From: Planktothrix sp. GU0601_MAG3
GTDB taxonomy: Bacteria > Cyanobacteriota > Cyanobacteriia > Cyanobacteriales > Microcoleaceae
Assembly (NCBI GenBank): GCA_035193785.1
Contig: CP136572.1
Coordinates: 384,001-448,000, forward strand
DNA length: 64,000 nt
Direction of reading: 5' to 3'
Of the stretch, positions 56,431 to 64,000 are shown in pieces. Positions within the stretch are counted from its first letter, which is position 1; each line of letters begins with the position of its first letter. The notes beneath the pieces are model-generated. The model saw nothing but the letters and a program-made list of their open reading frames with translations. It did not search any database and was not told where the DNA came from. A program made the translations under genes and the position numbers.

Positions 56431-57654
56431 ATGTTTCAAACATACAAGTATCGCATATATCCAACAACGGAACAGCAAATAGCCTTAGCAAAAAGTTTTG
56501 GCTGTTGCCGTTGGTATTGGAATTATACTCTGAACTTGTGTCAAGAAACCTATAAAACAACAGGGAAGGGGCTATCAAGAGGAGCAATTCAAGGATTGTT
56601 ACCTCAACTGAAACGGGAGTATCCTTGGTTAAAAGATGCCTATTCCCAATGTTTGCAAGTTGTCGCCCTCAATTTATCCACAGCTTACAAAAACTTCTTT
56701 GACAAACGGGCAAGATTACCTCGATTCAAACCCAAACACGGTAGACAATCAATTAGTTATCCCCAAAATGTTAAATTTGAAGGGGATTACCTGAAATTAC
56801 CAGGTAAAATTGGGTTGGTTTATTTTGTGCGGCATCGTCCATTTGAAGGAATAATTAAAACCGTTACTGTTTCCAAGAATCCTGATGGAAAGTATTATGC
56901 TTCTGTGTTAGTTGATGACGGTAAGGAAATGCCTAACCCATCAACAAATGGAAAAGCAATTGGAATTGATTTGGGGTTAACTCACTTTGCGATTACCAGT
57001 GATGGGTCAAAATATAGTAATCCCAAACACTTTGCTAAACATGAGCGTAATCTCAAGCGGAAACAACAAAAACTTTCTCGAAAACAGAAAGGCAGTAAGA
57101 ATAGACAAAAAGCTAGATTGAAAGTAGCCAACGTTCACGCTAAAATCTCTCGTCGCCGGGAAGATTTTCTACACAAGCTATCCCGCAAGATAGTCAACGA
57201 AAACCAAGTGATTGCTGTAGAAGATCTGGAGGTTAATAATATGGTTAGAAACCATAAATTAGCCAAGGCAATTAGTGATTGTGGCTGGGGAATGTTCTGT
57301 ACAATGTTGAAGTATAAAGCCGAAAAAGAAGGGAAAACCTATCAAGAAGTCGATAGATTTTTCCCTTCTTCTAAAACTTGTAATATCTGTCTAAATCAAT
57401 TGGGGGCGAATGGCCATTCGCCCCTACCTCTTGATGTTAGAAGTTGGACTTGTGAATATTGCCAAACAAACCACGACCGAGATATAAATGCTGCGGTAAA
57501 TATCAAGAATGAAGCCTTGCGGATTCTGTCGTTGGGAACCAGCGATACTGCCACACTGAGGGAATGTAAGTCGTCTGTTGAAACTTTTGTTTCTTCAGGT
57601 GCTATTCCCGTTGAAGTTGGAAGCCCACACTTCTCTACGAGTAAGTGTGGGTAG
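56431..57654 (+). CDS. tnpB: IS200/IS605 family RNA-guided endonuclease TnpB
   Basis: YKYRIYP HTH, RuvC GIDLG / AVEDL / HDRDINAA, zinc finger CNIC...CEYC; uninterrupted. Confidence 0.95.
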   Translation: MFQTYKYRIYPTTEQQIALAKSFGCCRWYWNYTLNLCQETYKTTGKGLSRGAIQGLLPQLKREYPWLKDAYSQCLQVVALNLSTAYKNFFDKRARLPRFKPKHGRQSISYPQNVKFEGDYLKLPGKIGLVYFVRHRPFEGIIKTVTVSKNPDGKYYASVLVDDGKEMPNPSTNGKAIGIDLGLTHFAITSDGSKYSNPKHFAKHERNLKRKQQKLSRKQKGSKNRQKARLKVANVHAKISRRREDFLHKLSRKIVNENQVIAVEDLEVNNMVRNHKLAKAISDCGWGMFCTMLKYKAEKEGKTYQEVDRFFPSSKTCNICLNQLGANGHSPLPLDVRSWTCEYCQTNHDRDINAAVNIKNEALRILSLGTSDTATLRECKSSVETFVSSGAIPVEVGSPHFSTSKCG

Positions 57655-57659
57655 TTCAC
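57620..57659 (+). mobile_element. Right end of the tnpB element (omega-RNA 3' boundary)
   Basis: GAAGCCCACACTT...AAGTGTGGGTAGTTCAC hairpin ending TTCAC; no tnpA seen and left end not pinned down. Confidence 0.7.
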
Positions 57660-57760
57660 TCTAGTTCTGTATTCTAAAGATGCAGGTATTTTTAATCATT
57701 GGGTGACTTTAACCCAATATAATAATAGTTAACGCATCATTATCATTATGGGAGTTCGTT

Positions 57761-58337
57761 GTGGCAGGTCGGAAAATACTGGTTATTGATGATAGTAAAG
57801 TCATTAGAGTGCGAGTCAGAGAAATGTTACCCCCTGGTAACTTTGAGGTATTAGAAGCCAAAGATGGCAAAGAAGGTCTCGAATTTGTGCAAAAAGAACA
57901 TCCCAATTTAATTATGCTGGATTTCCTCCTGCCTAAGTTAAGTGGCTGGGATGTGTTTCAGCGAATTCAAGCTGATGAAACATTGCGACGAATTCCCCTT
58001 GTCCTGATGTCGGGACGGAAGGAAGAAGTCACCGAAAAAATTTCTGAAACCCTTTCAATATTTTGAATTTATTGAAAAGCCCTTTGAGAAGAATCAACTG
58101 ATTTCTGCGATTAAATTAGCCTTCCAAAAAGCCAATCTTCCCCGGCCACCCTTATCTACCGCCGGAACTCCAGCACCTGCACCTACTTCTGCACCTGCTC
58201 CTCAAGTTTCTCCTGGTGGAGACGCGACGGATATTGCAGCAATTAAGGCTCAAATGGATACTATGCAGGCGGAATTAGATGCACTGAAAAAACAAGTTTT
58301 GCAACTGAAAAAATTTATTCAGGGGAAATTAAAATAG
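57761..58337 (+). CDS. Response regulator receiver protein with Pro/Ala linker and coiled coil (apparent frameshift)
   Basis: ILVIDDS, LIMLDFLLP, IEKPF after repair at GAAAC ~58046. Confidence 0.88.
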
Positions 58338-58377
58338 GAGGGTTGACAGTTAACTATTGAGGGTTGACTGTTAACTA

Positions 58378-59427
58378 TTGATGGCAAATTGCACGGAAAT
58401 TATGATACTGGATGCTTCATTTTTGACACAATTAAACACCGCAATGGATTCATTATTAAAACGAATGAATCTATTTTCTCAAGCGCGGGTTTTGGTAGTA
58501 GGGGATTTAACTTTAGATGAATTTTTGACGGGTCAAGTAGAACGTTTATCTCGGGAAGCTCCGGTATTAATTCTCCGCCATGAACATACTCATCAAATTC
58601 CTGGGGGCGGTGCGAATGCGGTTTATAATTTGGCAAAATTAGGGGCATCGGTAAAGGTTGTTGGACTGGTGGGAAAGGATGATCAAGGAATTGCCCTTTG
58701 TCGAATTTTTGAACAGGCGGGAATTGATATTGGGGGGATTTTAATTGATCCCAACCGTCCCACGGTAACGAAAACTCGGATTTCAGGTCATGCGCGTCAA
58801 TCTGTTACCCAACAAATTGTTAGAGTTGATCGCAAATCCGACGAATTACCGGATATTGAATTACAGTTAAAATTAGCTGAATATATTAGTGAAAATATTG
58901 ATACTGTAGATGCGGTGGTTTGTTCAGATTATGGGGATGGAGTTTTAACTAAAATGGTTATTGAAGCGTCGTTAAAATCTCCTTTAACTATTGTTGATAC
59001 TCAAAAGGATTTACATAGATTTGCGGGTGCAACTTTGTTTACTCCTAACCTTCCTGAAGCGGAAAAAGCTGTGGGATATGGGATTAAAAATCAGCAAACC
59101 TTACAACAGGCGGGAGAAGATTTATTAAGATTAACTCAAGCCCATTCAATGTTAATTACCCGTGGGGAAGAAGGAATGAGTTTGTTTCAGGGGGAGCAAC
59201 AATTTCAAATTCCGCCTTTTAATCGCACGGATGTTTTTGATGTTACGGGTGCAGGGGATACGGTGGTGGCGGCTTTAACCTTGGGTTTATGTACGGGTTC
59301 ATCGTTGTGGGAAGCGGCGGTTTTAGGGAATTTAGCTGCTAGTTTAGTTGTGCGTCAATTTGGAACGGCGACAACAACAATTGAGCAGATGAAAGAGGCT
59401 TTGCGATCGCTTTTAAACCCAGAATAA
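58378..59427 (+). CDS. PfkB-family heptose-7-phosphate kinase (RfaE/HldE domain I)
   Basis: VGDLTLDEF, SREAPV, PGGGANA, DVTGAGDT; true start may be downstream, e.g. 58444. Confidence 0.88.
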   Translation: MMANCTEIMILDASFLTQLNTAMDSLLKRMNLFSQARVLVVGDLTLDEFLTGQVERLSREAPVLILRHEHTHQIPGGGANAVYNLAKLGASVKVVGLVGKDDQGIALCRIFEQAGIDIGGILIDPNRPTVTKTRISGHARQSVTQQIVRVDRKSDELPDIELQLKLAEYISENIDTVDAVVCSDYGDGVLTKMVIEASLKSPLTIVDTQKDLHRFAGATLFTPNLPEAEKAVGYGIKNQQTLQQAGEDLLRLTQAHSMLITRGEEGMSLFQGEQQFQIPPFNRTDVFDVTGAGDTVVAALTLGLCTGSSLWEAAVLGNLAASLVVRQFGTATTTIEQMKEALRSLLNPE

Positions 59428-59549
59428 TCAATAGGGATCACGGATTTAAGAGGATTTCACGGATTTCACGGATTTTAATCTGTGTTAATCTGCGTAATTC
59501 TCTTAAATCCCTGATGGGTAATGGGTAATGGGTAATAAACCGATAACCT

Positions 59550-59710
59550 GTAAGGGCGGGTTTCTGTGAGATATTTGTTAATTACCTAAATCTTGATGAA
59601 CCCGCCCCTACAAATGATGAATTACGAATAGGTAATAAACTTATAACCTGTAAGGGCGGGTTCTATGAGATATTTGTTAATTACCTAAATCTTGATAAAC
59701 CCGCCCCTAC
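59550..59710. repeat. Two tandem REP-like elements (100-bp period)
   Basis: GTAAGGGCGGGTT...GAGATATTTGTTAATTACCTAAATCTTGAT..ACCCGCCCCTAC at 59550-59611 and 59650-59710. Confidence 0.85.
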
Positions 59711-59720
59711 AACTGATTAC

Positions 59721-59748
59721 TTGACAAATATTGATTTTAAGATAAAAT
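59721..59748 (+). promoter_or_regulatory. Sigma70-type promoter for the CADD-like gene
   Basis: TTGACA-16 nt-TAAAAT, 30 bp before the ATG. Confidence 0.55.
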
Positions 59749-59778
59749 TCTGGTGAGTCTATATTTATAGGAAAGCGA

Positions 59779-60477
59779 ATGTTAACCCAAGATCAACTTT
59801 TAACTGAAACAGTATTTCTGGCTAAACTCAACGAAATCATTGAAAGCAATCACCTACTCAAGCACCCCTTTTATCAGATGTGGACTGAGGGGAAACTGAC
59901 ATTAACTATGTTACAAGAGTACGCCCAAGAATATTATTTGCACGTTCATAATTTCCCTACCTATGTTAGTGCTACCCATGCGGCTTGTGATGATATCAAC
60001 ATTCGCAAAATGTTGTTAGAAAACCTGATTGAAGAAGAACGGGGTTCAGCCCATCACCCAGAATTATGGTTACAGTTTGCAGAGGGTTTAGGAGTAGAAC
60101 GTAGTGCTGTTCTTGACCGCCAACGGTTAAATAAAACCCAAGAATCAGTTCAAATTCTGAAAAAATTATCGCGTAGTGAAGAAGCAGAAAAAGGGTTAGC
60201 CGCACTATACGCTTATGAGTCCCAATTTCCTCAAGTTTCCACTACAAAAATTGCTGGATTAGAAGAATTTTATGGGATTAATGAAGAATCGGCTTTATCC
60301 TTTTTTAAAGTGCATGAAAAAGCCGATGAAATCCATAGTCAAATGACTCGCAAAGCCCTGTTACAAATGTGTCAAACTGCTGAACAACAACAAGCAGCAT
60401 TAGAAGCAGCACAACAAGCTGTTGATGCGTTTAATTTGCTCTTAGATGGCGTTTATGAAGAATATTGTCAGAACTAG
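59779..60477 (+). CDS. CADD-family (PqqC/TenA-like, heme-oxygenase-like diiron) protein
   Basis: LLKHPFYQMW..G.L, ENLIEEE..HHPELW, LYAYESQ, FFKVHEKADEIH. Confidence 0.85.
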   Translation: MLTQDQLLTETVFLAKLNEIIESNHLLKHPFYQMWTEGKLTLTMLQEYAQEYYLHVHNFPTYVSATHAACDDINIRKMLLENLIEEERGSAHHPELWLQFAEGLGVERSAVLDRQRLNKTQESVQILKKLSRSEEAEKGLAALYAYESQFPQVSTTKIAGLEEFYGINEESALSFFKVHEKADEIHSQMTRKALLQMCQTAEQQQAALEAAQQAVDAFNLLLDGVYEEYCQN

Positions 60478-60577
60478 AATTTTAGGATAAATTTAGTTTA
60501 ATTTTTCCTAAAAACCTTACCCCCCCTTGTTATTTACCCCTGTTCGCGGGGAACTTGGGGGGTTTGTTTTGGGGATA

Positions 60578-60989
60578 TTAAATCAGTTCAACAACTCCAT
60601 TTGTACCAATACTAATACTCTTATGACCTGCGCCACCGGAGGAAATATTGACGGTTAGTTCATTTTTTTCTGCATCAAAATTGCCTTTAAATCCCAGAGG
60701 AGTCCCATCTTGGGTATAAATTAAAATGTTGACAGCCCCCGTTTTAATCTGTGAAAATGGCAGAACGGTTGATTGTCCACTGGCTAAAATTTTAGACGAA
60801 TTTTGGCTTAAACCATACTGAATAGGTTTTCCCGCTTCATTAATGAGTCGAACTGTAACCTTTTGATCAGTTTTAACCCGAAATCCGGTATAAATCTGGG
60901 CTGAAACTGGGACTAGGGGAGAATATAACTGGAGTAGCAAACAAAAATGTTCCTACCAAAGCAACCGTCGTTAGAAGTTTGATTTTCAT
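60578..60989 (-). CDS. Secreted hypothetical protein (apparent frameshift)
   Basis: Signal peptide MKIKLLTTVALVG joins ORF 60578-60940 at a GAAAC site near 60903. Confidence 0.6.
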
Positions 60990-61140
60990 AGATTTTATGG
61001 AATTAAATCAGAATGAGTTTGGTAATTATTCTAATCTATATTTTTGAGATCACAAACTAATAATTTTTTCGGCTTGTCTCCGATGAAAATTTTAGATTTT
61101 CTCAACCTTTCAACGGGATTACACTATTTAACAAAACTTC

Positions 61141-62836
61141 CTAAATTCCATGACTTTTTCCAATTACCCAATGACGACGGAAAAAACGGGATAGGGCCGA
61201 TTCTTCTAGTTGCAAAACAATCGGACGACCATGGGGACAGGTGCGAGGATTGCGGGTTTTAATCCATTGATCTAATATAGTTTGCATCTGGGTTAAACTC
61301 AGGGGTGTGCCATTTTTGATCGCACTCCGACAGGCGGTGGCGACCTGGGCGGCTTGTAAATCTCCTCCTAAACTTAATTCTAATAATGCTTCTGAACAAT
61401 CACTGCGTTTGATTAATAATTCCGGTGCGTTTCTAACTACCCAAACCCCGTCTCCAAAGGGATCAACTTCTAATCCTAAACGCTGCATTTGTTCTAATTG
61501 TGCTATTGATAAAGATTGTAAAATAATCCCGGGTTCGAGGGGCATTAATCGCCATTGATCACAGATTTGTTCATATAAAATTCGTTCATGGGCAATATGT
61601 TGTTCAATTAACCATAATCCGCTAGAATGTTCGGCGATAATATAGGTATTGAGAACTTGGGCGATCGCTTTTATTTCTAATATTCCTAATTTAGTTTCAG
61701 ACTGATTTGCAGAGGTTTCAGCATCGGGCGGACTGGCAGAATTGATATTATAACTTCCCTTTTCTTCCGATACTTTCAATAACTTCTCAATTCGATTTTG
61801 GGGAGGGGAAATTCGCTCAAAATTCAACCTTAAAGCCTGTTCAATTCCTTGACTAATAAGCTCTTGCCATTGGTTCAAATTCTGGAGATAAACTTCACTT
61901 TTATCGGGGTTTCTATTCCAGTCTATTTGTTCGGGTAGCAGGTGTAAATGCACAAAACAAATGGGATAGCGATCGCGGGGACAGGTGCGTGCTAGGGCGG
62001 TTAATAGGGTTTGTTCTAATTCCGGCGATCGCACCATTCGGCCATTAATAGCAACCTTCACCCAATCGGGTCGGCGACGATGACAGCGATCGGGTAATCC
62101 TAATATTAATTCAATTTCCTTGAGATTAATATTATCATAATCTGGCGGAATTTTCAAATAAAATAAATCACTTAATTGAACATTTTTAATAATTTGAGGT
62201 AAAATCTGTTGAGCATTCACCCCCGGACTAATTTGAAACCAAGGATTATGACCTTGACGCAGTTGCCAAGTAACCTGGGGATGACATAAAGCAATTTGCT
62301 GAATTATTAACTGAATACCGCGCAATTGTTGAGCGGAAGTAGGTAAAGATTGACGTCGATTTTGCCAATTTTCAAATAAATTAGAAACCGTAATCACTGT
62401 TTCCCTGGGCGACGGCAATAGTTTCGGTTTTAACAACTTCTCCTTGATGATTATAATTAACACACCAACCGGAATTAGCAAGGGAAGGAGAACTAGGACG
62501 ACTAATAATTTCTAAATCGGATAATTGGGCTAAACTGTGTAAGGCTTCCCCCCGAAATCCTAAACTATTAATTTGAAATAAATCCGTAATTGTGTTAATT
62601 TTGCTGGTACTATGGGGGGCGGCGGCTTGGTTTAAATTAGTTAAATCCATTCCCCAGCCATTATCTACCACTTGCACCCGCCAAGACTCCGGCCAGACTG
62701 AAATTGTAATCCGGTTTGCTTGGGCATCTAAGGCATTTTCTACTAATTCCCTCACCACTGCTACTAAGGAGTCAATAACTTCACTAGCCGCAATTAAATT
62801 AACAACATCTTCGGGGAGAGGACGAATCGGATTCAA
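61141..62836 (-). CDS. mutL: DNA mismatch repair protein MutL (apparent frameshift)
   Basis: VVRELVENALDA, LGFRGEALHS, EQHIAHER, ACRSA, CPHGRP. Confidence 0.95.
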
Positions 62837-62845
62837 GGGAATAAG

Positions 62846-62955
62846 GAATGGGTAATGGGTAATGGGTAATGGGTAATGGGTAATGGGTTTTGGGTTTTGG
62901 GTTTTGGGTAATAAACTAATAACTGATGACTGATAACTGATAACTGATGACTGAT
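62846..62955. repeat. Mixed heptamer STRR array
   Basis: (AATGGGT)n, (TTTGGGT)n, (TAACTGA)n. Confidence 0.85.
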
Positions 62956-62981
62956 ATAGGTAATAGGGTTAAAGTTTAATT

Positions 62982-64000
62982 TTAGTTTAATTTGACTTCT
63001 TCGGCAACTTCGGCGTGCATTTCTTTGAGTTGAGTTTGGGGGAGTTTAATATAAAAAGTAGTGCCTTCATAGGGAACAGATTTAAACCGAATTTGACCGC
63101 CATGGGCATCAATAATTGATTTAGCAATAGCAGTTCCTAACCCGGTACCACTGCGTTTTCCATGGGTAACAAAGGCATCAAATAAATGTTCACGAATCAT
63201 ATCGGGAATTCCAGGGCCATTATCAGCAACGGCAATTTCTGTCCAATCTCCCGTTAATTTAGCCGTAATTGAAATAGTTTCCACCGGGTTTTTCAAAGGC
63301 TTCTACCGCATTTCCCACTAAATTTTGAAAAACTCGAGTCAGTTTATTTTCATCGACATAAATTCGACAATTTTCATCGGCTTCCACAGAAAAATTAACC
63401 TGGGTGGATTGAAAATAAACCCGATTTATTTTTTCAAAATGTTTTAGCATTTTTGCCACGGAAACCGATTTTCTGTAGAGTAGGGCGCTGCCTTTTGTAA
63501 ATTCTAATACCTCCTCTGCCATGCCTAACATCCGTTGAATTTGCATAGAAATCAAATCACACCATTCTTGAGTTTCTTCATCGGGGTGCATTTCCTTGAG
63601 CATGGAACTTGATAACTGAATTCCGGTAAATGGACTTCTAAAATCATGCAAAATGGTATTCACCATTTCCCCGACTAATTCCATTTTTTCTTTATGGACT
63701 AATTGATGGACATATTGATTTGTGGTAACGCGCAAATGACTAATAATATAAGTGAATAAATTTAGAATCACTTTACCCTTAGCATTGCCTAAAATTTGCA
63801 TTAAATCCGGTTGAGAAATTTTAGCTAATTTCACCTGTCCGGCTGTTATGGCTCTGGCGCTGCGGGGCTGTCCATCTAAGACCCCAAATTCTCCAAAAAA
63901 GTCATTGGCTTGGGCGACAGCAATGGTTTGATATTGGTTAAATGGAGCTTCTTTTTTAAACTCCACCCGACCTTCCAACACTAGATATAAAAAATTAGGA
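62982..64000 (-). CDS. Cyclic-nucleotide-binding sensor histidine kinase (5' end outside window; apparent frameshift)
   Basis: FFGEFGVLDGQPRSA cNMP motif, HDFRSP H-box, NLVGNA, DNGPG, GTGLG. Confidence 0.9.

Noticed and set aside
237..63981. Mass pseudogenisation or programmed frameshifting as the cause of split genes
   Set aside because: Essential genes are affected, there is no accompanying decay, and nearly all breaks share one GAAC/GTTC context without slippery sequences. A consensus error is more parsimonious, though unproven without reads.
1..64000. tRNA, rRNA or 6S RNA genes
   Set aside because: No cloverleaf/T-loop or rRNA-like segment recognised in any intergenic region.

Overview
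AT-rich chromosome segment from a filamentous cyanobacterium. Frequent HIP1 GCGATCGC sites, heptamer STRR arrays and REP-like GTAGGGGC...GCCCCTAC palindromes suggest a Planktothrix-like Oscillatoriales host (inference). The first ~7.5 kb is the tail of a type III-like CRISPR-Cas/defence island: a RAMP gene end, cas6, CARF-HEPN csx1, Uma2, a Crn1/APE2256-type CARF protein with an extra C-terminal domain, a second cas6 fused to an HTH, and an ABC-ATPase + TOPRIM pair. No CRISPR array is in the window. The rest is mostly core genes (ycf55, devBCA, pmgA, ppsA, gdhA, coaBC, TolC, psb27, galT, murA, ald, psaX, lipA, mutL). Interspersed are a toxin-antitoxin/helicase-debris insertion, one intact IS605-type tnpB, two protein-less TnpB-element derivatives that appear to keep an omega-RNA end, MITEs, a WGR-galectin fusion and a CADD-like gene. 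The most striking pattern is that 30 of the 31 small-indel frameshifts I reconstructed by eye can be repaired by deleting one base from GAAAC/GTTTC, restoring GAAC/GTTC. That is the canonical DNA phosphorothioation motif, so the split genes are probably modification-induced consensus errors rather than pseudogenes. All family calls come from motif recognition, not database searches.
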